From assembly GCA_036172245.1 (NCBI GenBank), contig JAYWIR010000030.1, positions 2,046,001 through 2,110,000 on the forward strand: a DNA stretch of 64,000 nucleotides, read 5' to 3'. Within the stretch, counting starts at the first letter, position 1. Each line of letters starts with the position of its first letter. A program made the translations under genes and the position numbers. Below the pieces are notes generated by a model that was not told the DNA's origin, ran no database searches, and saw nothing but the letters and a program-made list of their open reading frames with translations. This document shows positions 1 through 12,420 of this stretch, in pieces. This DNA comes from Raillietiella orientalis. Its lineage: Eukaryota.

Positions 1-3000
1 TCCAGCTCACACTCGACAGAGGATTTCCTGCGTCTGACTTTTGCACCCGCAGATCTGGAGGAATGAATTGTAGGGTTTTTTCTTCGAAGCTGGATGAGAA
101 CAAACCTTTCCTTCTGCATTCGATAGATGAAGAGTTACTCCGTGAAAAAGGGGTGAAGGAGGGTAAGGTGCTGATCCTTCTGGGGCTGATCCTTTAGAGA
201 GAGGGAGGATTCTTGTTCCTCGTTCTTCCTCGAGGAGCCAGCAAAACTTTCTCATGTGGTATTCAGCAAACCGAGCGCAGGGACACGTGAAATCGTTTGC
301 CCCTGCCCGAGGCATGCCGCTTTCAGGTCCTCCACTGCCTCCGTCTTCTTCTCTGGCTCTCTGGAATCTCAGCTCCCTGTTTCGAGGTCGTTTAGGATTT
401 GCTCTGGGGATTCCGGCACGGAATTCTCCTTCCGCCTCGTGATCTCGGTTTCTCCAGATTGAGGATGCCATCTGCTTTCCTTCTTCCTCTTGCGGACGAG
501 GATGCTTAACGCTCGCGAACCCCAGTTTGATTTTTCCAAGTAGCACCCGCCCCCGTTTTTGAGGAGGATTTCACATGGAATCTGAGGGCGTTCCGTGAGA
601 TCTTGGAAGCACATCAGTTGCCTCAGCAAGAATCAGATCGCACGTAGAGAAAGGGGGGGAAGAAGAAGAAGAAGAAAAAACTGGCGTTCCCTATGCTCCA
701 AAAAGTATTGCATTAAAGAAAAAAAATTCATATCTTTTGTTTTTTTTGAGTCCGGTCGCCATGAACCTTGTGTGAGAAAAATGGCAGGAAGTTCAGAGGA
801 AGTTTTCGGGGATCCCCGCCCTGCCGACGACGATGACCGCTGATCGTTCACCTTCCCCCTTAACACACACTGAGGCTGACTTGGCTCTCATATCAGCAGC
901 ACCTGCCTCTTCGGCGTCCGGGACGGTTCCCATTGCGGTAGGAGGGCGGGTAAACGAGCGGATGGCGATATTGCCTCCCCCTCCTCCTCCTCGTTTTCGC
1001 TCTCGGAACCCATCTCCAGCCCGATCGGCTTCGTTCCTGCTCTTCACTTCGATCGGTGTCGCCGTCGTCGGAAGAATTTCACGAGCGATCTGGTGAGGCA
1101 ACAAGGAACCTGACTGACACGCGAACAGCCTTCAGCCTTAGCATCTCTGATAGACACTGACAGCCAAATGATGCAGCCAGGAAACGAGCCTTTGACAGAC
1201 CAGAATTTCACTGCCGCCACCCCATCGTCCGTGCCCCTACGGAGGAAGCAGAAGGGAGCAATCTGCAAGCACGTTTTCCAGTCCGAGAGAGAGCACTCCG
1301 CTGGTGCCTCAGAGGATTGCCCTCTTCAGGTACATTTGGCAGCAGGCCCCACCCCTTGATGCATGGATCGTGATCTCCTTCCCTCAAAGGTTCAGTGCGT
1401 CTTCCCGTTCGCCATTAAGGCGCCTCGCCGCTCTCCAAGACCGACGGAGACCCCCCATGTCGTCTCCGGAGCTCTTGCTCGTTGAAATCAAATCGCCTCG
1501 ACGGGAAACTCAACTTTTGCGCTAGCTCCATCGCCCCTTGACCCAAGCAAAGTACTGCAGGTCAGAAGCACGGAAGACTGTTGCCGATTTTCCTCGTGCT
1601 TTTTCTTCCTTCCCCATCTACAAAGCTTGGGTCTTCACCCAGCAGGGGAAAGACACTTCCCATCCTTCGACTTCGGCAAGTAAGCGTCCTCACAAACAGT
1701 GCTTATCAGTAAGAAGACGGGGAAAAAAAGAAAAAAAAAAAAGCCAACGTCCGGGAAGGCAAGTGTCAACTGGTTTAATGAGCTTCCGAGCAGAAGTCGA
1801 AAGAAACGACAAAAAAAACAAAAAATTGGGAGGGGGGGGGGGGAACAGAGATGCTTGCTTGCTTTCTCGTTGAAAAATCGGCTACTCCATCATTCCTTCC
1901 TTCTTCAAACCCAAGGAATACCCGCACTCTTTCACCCACAGCCCGTGCTGAGAGTCCCAAAGTGCTTTCTCGGAGCTTTCCACGTAGCAGCATCGTTCTC
2001 TGTGAGAAATCTCGTCGTAACGATGCGACCATTTTTTTTATTTTTGGTATCTCGATGTTATTTTGCCAACCCGTACAAGACATGCAAAAGAAACTGAAAA
2101 GAAAAGAATTAAAAAAGAAAAAAAATGAAACAGAGAAACAAAAGACTATAATTTAGTCATTTTATTTGTTCCTCTTATTTTGTCTCTGGGATTTTTATTG
2201 GAACGACCAAGGAAGACATAAATCACCTGAACCCGTGACACTGAGTGATACACCTTCCATTCAAGAATCACGTTTGACTGCTCTCCGTTTGGGCAAGATC
2301 TCCCTAATAACATGCCTTGGACACTAACGCGGAAACGGTCGTGTCGCCAAACGGATGCACACCTTGCAAGCCGCTGCTCCGCCAGCCTGGACCGAGCCCG
2401 TGTGGCTCTCTGGAGATCGAGGGCCTCATGCTCCGGGCCGAATGTCGCCCGGGTGCCACCGCGCCCTGGTCCGAAGTCATTCTCCCTTCTCCCGGAGAAG
2501 TGCAATTTGTCTCAAAGAATGCAAGGACGGGAGTGGCTGCATAAATCACATGCGATTTTCGAAGGCTGTGGATCGATGCCTTGGCAGGACCCCCGGACGC
2601 CTCGCGTGCACCGGGAATTCCCCGAGTCGGGAAGCCGCGAGGCGCTCGGAGGACCAGTCTCGAGATGCGGCGGCGAAAGGAGCTGCTGTTGCCCGGTAAC
2701 GAATGGAATTTCTCGACACGCACAGTGAATCACAAAACACGTCCAGTGTGGTGGATTGCCGCCGAATACTGCTCGAGGTTCACATAGTAGGGTGCACACG
2801 TGCACGCGTGCATAAGTGATACGCTGAATTCCATAAGTTTACTGACATGCATCCGATCCACGTGCGTGTGTGTTTTAGATTACACTCACGTCCATGCACG
2901 AATGTGTAGGTGAAATCTCCAGCGCTGGGCGTTTTTTTTTACAGTTGGTGCGCGCAGCACGGCCTTTGCGTCTTCCAGGTCGCAGTGTGCTTAAACACGG

Positions 3001-6000
3001 TTCGTGCACACCAAATAAGTGCTCGTTACGGCGTTCCGCTTGAAATGAACATTTAGTTTCAAACAAGGCTGAGGATGCAATCTGTCATTATACTTTATAA
3101 ATCGCGGGGATTGATGTGAAAGTGTTCGTGTAACCCTGTAATTAAATGGCGGAAATTTGCTGAGACAAAGGATGAGCCCGAAGAGATCAGCTAAGGGCAT
3201 GCAAATTTCCAGAAATGTCACAAAGGGAGGGAGGACTGTGGCATGCTCCTCGAAGGCAAGCCAGGGGAAGCGGCAGGCTCCCGAAAAAATGAAGAAGAAG
3301 GAAAAAACGTGGAAGGCAGAGTTGCAAGTTCTCAGGGAGCGATTTGGAGCAGAGGCTGCGCCGTTCCGGGATTCGCGTCTCCATGCTTACGAAAGGCTTG
3401 CATCCCCGAGTTCCGAAATTGCCGAATGTAAGGGGAGTGAGTCGTAGACTATCGAAAAAAAAAAAAATCAAATCCCGGTCCCACAAATTCCTCCCTTAGA
3501 TAGAGTGCGTCAGACCCCTTAGGCGGGACAATCGGTATTTTTCTTTTCTTTTTTTTTTTTACCAGCTGACCACGCTAAACTCGGTAGCTCCGAACGCTTG
3601 AAAGTGACACACGGCGGGGGAGAGCAGCAGACAGCGCAGGAGCGAAAGGGATTTCCCTCTCCTTGAAGATCTTTCATTTCAAGGAATGGTGAGCGGGTGC
3701 TCACGGTTTATCACGGCGATGATGATCCCAGGGGGTGATGCACCCATTTCGGCATTCTCGAAGCCTCAACCGTAATTTTGTTTGCCCGGCGTCGCGAACG
3801 AGATGCAAGAAATCACCCGGCTGTTTCCTTCTTTTTTCCCTCTGGCTGTGGAAATGCTGTTGAAGGCTGGAAGGGGACTTTCCCCGGTTGTCACCGACCT
3901 CGGATTGCTCACCTCCTTTCGCGGAAGCGTCATCGAAGTGCTTTGGAATGAAATCGGCCATCGGGATGGACTTGCCAGATGATCCGAGCCCTGCTGGAAT
4001 CTCTCTCCTCGTGTGCATCACGCGACAGAATTTCCCGAAGGTTCCAAGAACAAAAGCGATGTTTGCTCAGAGGAACCCTTACGAATCTCCCAGACGAAGA
4101 GAGGAAGAACGGCGTGCACGATGCCTCACGTTGCTTGGATACCAAATCAAAAGTGCTCTGCCGGTAGGGCGAAGATGCTAAGCAACGCTCGGATCAACCT
4201 TTTGCGCGACCCTGCTCGGAGAGAAAAGAGAAGCGGCTCCGTGGGAACATCAAATATGCAGATGGCTCGCGTTTCCATCTATTGGGAACAGCAGCAGGAG
4301 CAGCCGGCGCTTGAAATGTCTTCTTTGCGTCCCGCGGAATTCGCATTTGCACGCGCTCGAAATCAAGCGCGCGCGTTCGGAACGTTTGCGGGAGCATCGC
4401 GAACATCCGGCAGGCGGCAGGCAGTCGTTGGTCACGTGATTCGCTCCCCCCCCCCCCCCCTCGAGGCCGCGGATCGGAGTGTACTACGGGAACGAAAGGG
4501 AAAGGCTTGCCTCTGCCCCCTCCCCCTCCCGCCTCCTAGTTCCAGTGAACTTGAATTTCCCCGAAGTGGTGGTTTCTGGGGCAGAGGAGGAGGCGGTCGC
4601 ACCACCGACGGTGGCGCGAGCCTAAAGATTCGTCTTGTTGGACGGCGGCGGCGCCGATGCCGCCCAACAGGACCTTCCCCCCATTTTACTTTCGGGGAAC
4701 GGCGAAAAAGATGGCTGTCTAAAAATAGCTGCTGCATCGGAAAGCGAAAGTCTTCCGCACCCTCCTTGGCCTTGGCTCATCCGTTCGCGCTTGCGCGTTC
4801 TCCGAGGCACCAGGACATTATCGATCCGGCAGCGATCGTTCCAGCGCGGCCAATTACACAGTCGGTTTGCTCTCATGATATCCCCCCGCTGCTGCCCGTG
4901 CTATCTTTAATCCCGAGACGAGGTGTAATTAGCTTCTTCCTGTGCGTTCCTGAGTTCTATTTATAGATCTTTCTCTGTGGCGCTCGGCACCTCTCCGTCC
5001 GCCTACCGACCACCAGCCTTCTTCGTCGCGGTGAGAGAGACGGGTCCTCGGCCCACTCGAGTTGCGGGGAGGGGGACCAAGCCGGGGCGGCGGGAGAACA
5101 AGCTCCCTCGAGGAGAACCACTATCACCGAAAGGGCGCCAAGCTGTCTGGAGGAAGTGGTGGCTCGGGTGCACCGCCTCGCTCGGGGCGAGCGGCTGAAG
5201 GCTCCGTGCTTCTCGCGTGCCTAGAAGGCACCCTAAAAGCCAGCCACATCCATCCAGCAGTTCCCTTCCCCATTTCCTTTTCCTTTTCCTTTTTTTTTTT
5301 TTTTTCGCATGCTTCGATCGCGTTGCTGCGGCAGCTCCATCCCCAGGTTTCCCTCGAAAATTTTGTCTGAAGCGCTGAGCCATCTCCGGATCTTCTGGCG
5401 CGTTCGCTCGCTTTCTGGGTCGGCACAGTGCAACCCACTTCTTCCTGTCTCTTCCCAACCCTCCTTGCTCTTTCCCGTCGATTGTTGCAGCCGCGCGCCG
5501 GCATCCCTCTGCCTCCCTCAGCACGTCTCCAGGTTCTGCCGCGTCTCTGAGGAGTTGTCTTCCGGCGACTACCTGCTTCCGGAAGGTCGCCGTCCGGTCG
5601 CCTGGGTGGGAGCGGTCCGGATCGCGCGATCTTCTCGGCGGTAATAGAGATGGAGTCACAGGGCATCTCCATCTTCCTCACCCTCGAGTGCAGCAGGTGA
5701 CAGCAGGAGAGACAGAAGAGGAAATGGGCCAGGAATGGAAGAAGAATGGAGGAAGATCTCCATGGGAGAGTGCGGTTGTCCGGGTAGCAGGAAGACTTGG
5801 CGCCCTTCTCGCCGCGTCCTCTGAGCCGTCCGCTCTCCTCCATCCACTGGAGGCCACGTGCAGATTCAGAAAAGCGACCTGCAGGCATCCCTCCTTGTTC
5901 TGCCTCTTTCGCTGTTTCATTTGAGATTCCCGTGTGATCTCGCCCGTACTCCCGAGCTTTTCTGACAAGTCCGGATTCCAGTGGCCGAGGGCTCCCCATG

Positions 6001-6710
6001 GCCACAGCGCTTCGGCATCCTTGGAGCCGCCAAGACGTTCTCGGAGAAGACGCGATAGGGAAGAAGCGCATCGTCCGAGGCAGGAGAAGTGACCGCAGGG
6101 TTTTCATCGTCGCCGCCATCCCCGGCGTCGGCAACGGCTTGATGACCGGAAGGGTCGCAGCGGAGGGCGCAGTCGGAGCAGGGACCGCTGCTGCCCTCCT
6201 TCTTTGTGATGCTCCTCCCTAATGCTCGACTTTCTGGGCACGGCCGCTGCCTCCCGATCAACCGCCACTGCTACCAGACCGGACTGGGAGGCCAATCCGC
6301 CCGCGGCGCGGGCTTCAGCCCGAGCTTGCCCGAGGGCGTAGCGGGGCATGAAAGGCGAGTTCCTCTCCCATGGGAACGCTGAAGTGATCGCTTGGGGTTC
6401 CCACCCCTCCAATTGGCGGTGTTTCGTCTGGCGACCGAGGGACGTCGAGGCGCACCGTCCGCGAGCAATAGAAGGTCCCGGCTGCTCCTAGCGACCGGAA
6501 CCTTCCAGGATTTTGCCCTCGACCCGAAGGGCACGGAACCTTCAAAGTTACTCCCCGCGTGGTTTGGCTTCTGAAACTTGGAAGACCGCGCTCCGCCATA
6601 GTGGACGTCTAGGTGGTCTTTCGACCTTCCCACCTTTAGACGCAGCTCTGGTTCACAAAGAGGCACAAAGCAACGCCAGGCGGAGTCACGTCAGGTCAGA
6701 CGCTATCCGT

Positions 6711-7090
6711 GAAGAGATGGAGAAGAAGAACAAGGAGGAGGAGGAGGAAGGGAGGATCAATAATGCTGAAGAGCTGACGACGACAGCGATGAAGGTGACG
6801 ATGTCCGTATTGGTGGTGGTTACGATAATGATGGCGTTGGCGAAGAAGGGAAGGAGGGTTAATGACGGCGGCGAAGAAAATGATGACATCTACGGCGTTG
6901 ACAATAGTGGCAAGAAGGGGAAAGAGGACAAGGAGAGGGAAGGGAATGATGGTGGTACTGATGACAGTTGGCGATGGTGCTCATGCCGACAACGGTGGCG
7001 GTGACAGTGGTGACGACAAAGACGTCGAGTGGCTAGAACGCTCGTGATGACGATGACGTTGAGGAGGAGGAGGAGAGTGGCGACAGTGGC
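6711..7090. repeat. Degenerate trinucleotide (GAN/GGN/GAT) low-complexity tract
   Basis: Runs of gag/gac/gat/ggt triplets such as gaggaggaggag, gacgacgac, ggtggtggt, gatgacgatgac; no recognisable protein. Confidence 0.7.
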
Positions 7091-10000
7091 TTGTCGTTTT
7101 GGGCGCCTGCTGCTAAACGTCCCGGGAGCGTTCGAGGCCCTGATGCATCCGACAAAGGAAAACAGGAGGGGGCGAATTCTTCTGCCCTCCCTCAGCCCAC
7201 TTCGGTCCTTAGAAAGCATCCCGCAGGATGACCCACTCTGGGTACATCGGTTGCACATCCTGTTGCCCTCCCTTTCCGGACGGGAAGCGAGAAAAACCAG
7301 GGATCTGCCACCTTCCCGGAAAGGACCGACTGCCTCCTTCCTCCCTTCTTCCCAGGGCTGAGGGCAAGTGGGAAAGTCGGCGCGGCTGCCCAGGCGCGCT
7401 GCGCGGCCGCGAGCGGGGGCTTTGACCCCGAGGCCTGTAGTGATCCCGAGCGGTTCTAGGAGTGACCTCCGGCGGACGTGTGCGCGCGCGCGCTCTGCGC
7501 TCATCCATCATCGTCTCTGCGGCGGTTGACATCGGCCCCGAGGACGGACGAAGGGAGTCAGCGGAAAGACGTTCCCAGGCCATCGGCTTCTGCCCGCGAG
7601 CTGCGTGCCCGTCTGTGGGGAGGAGGAGGAGAAGGTAGAGGAAGAGGTGGAGGGAGGTGAAGGATGAAAGCAGAGAAGATCAAATCTCTTCAACAGCGTC
7701 CATCGCCGCCTTCGAGGACCGCCCGTCCCTCTTGTCCGTGACTTGGCCTGCTGCTCCCGATCGGGATTCCCAAAAAGGCGTCCCCCTTGCTCTCTCTCCG
7801 GGAGAAGAGGAAGAGCAGGAGGAAACATCCGTCCTCTGCCCAGAGAGGCTCCTGGAACCTTCCTGTCTCCTTGGAGGCGCGCGTTCTCCCCCCTCTTTTC
7901 TCCACCAGCACGCACGCACGCACCTGGTCCGGGCGCACGCGGGTGCGTCGTTCTGCGCGCTTACGTTCGCTCACTGCAAGGCGCCGGAGATGGTCTCATC
8001 CGAACGCTCCTTCCCCCCCCCCCCGCCTCCTCCTGATCTGCCTGTCGCGCCGCCACCGCTGCCTCCACCTGCGCGATTTTTCAAGGTCTCCCAGCCGGTT
8101 GCCTCTGCCAGAGCGGGCGGCGGCTGGCACCACCCGCCTGCCCACTCCCCGCTGTTGCTTTCGCAACCCTGTGCGGACCTCAGATGCTGCGAAAGAGGGT
8201 GCAAGGACGGGCGCGAGAGGGGGGGAACGGGCCTTTCCTCCCGGGAAGATGCTGGAGATCCCCTTCGAGTTGCTGAAAACAAAGGCTGAGGGGAGAGAAG
8301 CGAAAGGAAAGGGGAAGGCGGAGAACGCGCATTCCCAGACGCCCCTCTCCCGGAAGCGGAAGAGAAGACTCCTTCGCCTCTCTTCCCCATGCCTTCTCAT
8401 CCAATCCCTCCCCTTCATATGGGCCCCTCCCTCCACTCTCCGAGCCGGTAGGCGACGGCGATGTCCTCTGTCACCCTCTGCTCCCAGACAGGAGGCAGAG
8501 GCACCCTTGGGCCAGTTTCTTTTGCTCCTTCTCCGGGAGAATACTCCCCCTCCTTCCTCTGAATCTTCTCCTGCGCTCCCTTCTCCCTTGTGCCTCGGTG
8601 GCATTCTGGAAGCTTTGGACTTTCCTTTTTTCCGTGCGGGAGCATCAGAGGAGTTCGAAGCCAAGAGGGCTCGCGACAAATCGACCACTGGGCCTCCTTT
8701 CATCCTAGAGGCACGGCGGATGCTGCTGTCTCGGGCAGCTGCTGTCACGTGGCCCGTCACAGCGGTCGGCTGCTCTGTCTCCCAGACAGTTGAACTTCCG
8801 GGGCGTCCGCGCCGCCTCCGCCACCTTAGCTGACGCCGCACTCGGTTGCCAGGACAGTGGCAAGGACGCTTCTTCCTTCCACCATCGCGGGCTGCTGATG
8901 CCTCCTTTCTTTACCGGCAATAGGATCCCGCTTCTTGAGAGCATCCGGGCTTCCATGGAAACGACGCAGTAGGCGTGCCTACCTCACCACTCCGGCCGCG
9001 GTCCTGGAATCCGGCCGCCACGGCGACGGAGGTTGCCTCGGAGATCGCTCGCCATGTGGCTCCGCGCCATCCGTCGCAAGCCACCTGCTTTCCCCTCTTT
9101 CCCTCTTCCTTCCATGATCCCAGCAGCTGGAGCTTTCTTCTGACATCACAAGGCCATGTCCCAGAAGCGCTCCTCCTCCAGCGTCTCGCTTCCCTGGAGC
9201 CCCGCCATGAGCGCGCGAGCCGTGCGCGGAATCAGCGAGGAGCTCTCTCGTCCGAGCCGTAGGAGGTCCTCGAGGAATGCACGGATGCTGGCAGTGCGGA
9301 CCGCCTAGCGGTCGCGAGCCCAAGATGAACATCCACCCGCCGGAAGGAGAAGAGAAGCGTCCAGAGAAATGTTGAACATGATGATGCGAGGATGACAACA
9401 AAGGGAAAGGTGGAGAGGAGAAAGAAGAACAAGAGGACGCTCCCACCGTTTTGCTGCTGCTGCTGCTCGTGAAGAGGAACGGAGAGCGGAGAGGGAAGGA
9501 ACGAGGCAGGCAAGATCGAAGGGAAGGGTAGGATGTTGAGCGCACCTGAGGTACCAAAAGCGAGAGAGAAATGGTGTCCCCCGTTCCTCTAGCGCCGGAA
9601 GGCAGCAAAAGGAGCACACAGGGGTGCGCTCTTTGCCTGGGGTGAGCGGTGCTGCTGATGCGACGTCCGCGAGCGCGCTCGGCTCCCCTTGCTGGCCGGT
9701 CTGCAGCCGCCTGCGAGACGAGTGGGCGTGGGACAAGACACGTGTCGCGTGACGGATGGCCGGCTGCCTGCCTCCTCGAGGCTCAAGAAAGAGCGGGGAA
9801 AGCCCGCTGCTTCGAGAGCCGGGTCGGAGGACTTTGGAAGCCGCGCCTCTTCCACCATCGCAACCCGGAACTCCGTCGGCAGTTTGGAGGGCAGTGGCTT
9901 CCCACCGCTTGCCCCGCTCGGGGAAAAAATCTGGCAGCCCTGCTCCCCTCGCTTTCATCGGCCATCCTTCGTGGCGGCACTCTCGCCGCGGATGCTCTCG

Positions 10001-11399
10001 CGAGCCCGTACAGAGCGGGCGACCAGCGGATCGTCCCGAAAGCCAAGAGGGAACGAGGAAGGACGCTTGTCCCGCTTGTCCCGAGGGAGTAGCGTTTCCT
10101 CCCTTCTCCCTGCACACGAGTGCGACGGGGAAGGGCGGATGGGGTGTGGTTCTGCTGTTCCCCAACCCCGCTGCCCGGGACTGAGGCGTGGAGCCGACGC
10201 CTCACGGTCGCCATCGGCTGTTTCCCTGAAGGTGCCCGAGAACGTCCTCCTGCCAATGAGAAGAAACCGCAGGGGTGCCGCCGCTCCGTTCTGAGGTTTT
10301 ATTCCTCACCCCCTCCATCTTCCTCCTCTTTCCTTCCCCTGTGTGCAGCGGGCTGACCTTCAGCTCCTTCGCTTCCTGCTCTCAGAGCACTCCCACTCTC
10401 CGGCGTTCTTCCGAAGGCGCGCCTCCTATATCTATTTGCCACCACCGTTCTTTCGCTACCACTTTCATCAGGTCCGCGTGCGACCCTCCTCCCCCCTCCT
10501 TCAGGTTTCTTTCCGGAAAAGCGAAGGCGACAGTCGCCCGTGGTTACGAAACGGGCGAGGAGAGAGCAGAATGGAACGCTCGCCGCGAAGAGGCGGGCGA
10601 GGGAAGGCGCGTGGTGGTCGGTGGCGTATTCAACGAGGTCCTCGATTCGTCTCGGTAGGGTGGACTCCGCGGGACGCGTCCCTTTGTTAAAGAGACGCAA
10701 TAATTGCGCATGGAGGGGGCTGTCGCCATTTTAGGCAGTGACCACCCAAAAGTGCGGCTTTGCCGTTTCCACGCTCTTTGCAGCGGTAGCTCTGGAACGC
10801 ACTTTTTTTGATCCAAGCCGGGGGGGAAGGGTGAGATGGCGCCCCGGCACTGAGGAACAGGTGGCACTTCGGGGTTAAACCGCCCTGCTGCCGGTGCCAC
10901 CACTAGCTCCAGGACGATACCGGCTGCGAGGAAGAGAACGAAAGGCTGCACTTTTCAGCGAGACGGGTCGGGAGGCACCCGAGCATGATGGGGGTGTTCT
11001 CTCCAGAGAGGGTCTCCAGGGAGACGCGAGGAGGCCGAGGATCCGCCCCATCGCGCCCGTAGCTGAAGAGGCTGCACATCCTTGAAGAACGGCGGTCCGG
11101 AGAGGAAGCTCGGCCTGCTAAAAGCACGGGCCGCGGATGACCCCGGCCCGCGGTGTTGGCGCTGGGAAGCCCTCGGCTGTCCAGCCAGCCCTGAAAGGGG
11201 CCTTCAGACGCAGAGGAGAGCTGAGATCTCTCTCGAGGAAAACGAGGGGAAGTCCAGGAATCTTTCCCGGGAGGCGAGGAAGGTTTCTTCCGTTCCCTCG
11301 ATCACGTTCCGTCCAAGAGCATCTCGCGTCGAATCTCCGCAGCCTCCGATAAAATCTCGGAAGGAACGATTTCTAGTGCAGCGGGTGGCAGATGGCATC

Positions 11400-12420
11400 A
11401 TTCGATAAAAGACCTGCAGTTTCGCAACGCCAGCCTTCGATCCAGCACCCACGTTCCCACACCCCGGTCCAGAGTGAAGCAGCAACACGAAAGAACACTT
11501 GGGAATCCATCGAGCGGTAGGCTGCGTGAGAGCTGGGGAGTGCTCGTTCGGCAGCGAGGAGCGAAAAGAGGGGAGCGTTCCGGGGGATCTCTTAGGGAAG
11601 CTTCTTCGGGAGAGCATAAAGGGAACCTCAACTATCTTCCATCGGCATGAGCTCTTCTGACTGCCCGAGTGGGGGGCATCTGCCGAACGCTGAATTCCTC
11701 TCGAGAACCTCTGGCAGATCGCTTTGCTGGGGGTTCCTCCAGAGGGAGAGACCATCAGCCTCCCCGTGCACTTTCGATCTTGGGTCTCGTTAGGGCCGTG
11801 GGCTGGGAGGATTCTGGACCCCATTTCCTTGCCCTCGGTTCCCTCCATGCACTTTCGCCGGAACCACCAGCACTCTCCCCGCTTGTCTAGAGCTGCTTCG
11901 CCGTTCGGCCCCCAGCGGACTGATCTCCATCTGGATGGACCGATTGCCCTCCTGGACTTCCCTCCCGTTGAGACTCACGAAGACCTTCCCCACTTCTACG
12001 GCTTCCCCATCTCATGGGATCCGCCCGACTTGGCAGATCCTCCTTCGAAAAGGTTTTTCCAAGCGCCTATCCGTTCGGGAGCGCCAAATCTTTTCGGCGG
12101 ATCGCAGAGCGCGGACGTTCCTTGGAGACTGCCCGCCCGCCCGCCAGAGAGCTCAGTAGGAGGCGCTTCCGTTAAACCGGCGACGTCCCAAGCGCGCGGT
12201 CGAGCGATTCCGACAGCCACGACGGCGGGTCTGGGAACCAATTCAAGCCCCCTCCTCCTCTCCACGTAGCTGCAACTGCACTTCCCCAAGACAAGCAATT
12301 ACGCCGAACCGAAATCTGGAACGCGAGCCTTCCGTTGCCATGACACCACGGGGGTTTGCCAAGGGTCCAAGATTGAGAGCACCAAATTAAGATGCTCTCT
12401 CAGGGTACTTCCATCCATGG
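11400..12420 (-). mobile_element. Possible L1-clade LINE 3' half remnant (thumb to zf-RVT)
   Basis: Minus-strand peptides in the expected order: PVVSWQRKARVPDFGSA (cf. VxWxxxCxPKxxGGLG), GAWKNL, then FPLCSPEE..PLFAPRC (cf. CxxC..E..H..C). Very weak, by eye. Confidence 0.25.

Noticed and set aside
4013..4966. 317-aa ORF
   Set aside because: Arg/Pro/Ser/Gly-rich, crosses a homopolymer run, has no recognisable domain; expected by chance in GC-rich DNA.
5124..10294. Overlapping 200-350 aa ORFs on both strands (e.g. 5124-6134, 7787-8833, 9305-10165)
   Set aside because: Low-complexity translations open in several frames at once, typical of stop-poor GC-rich sequence.
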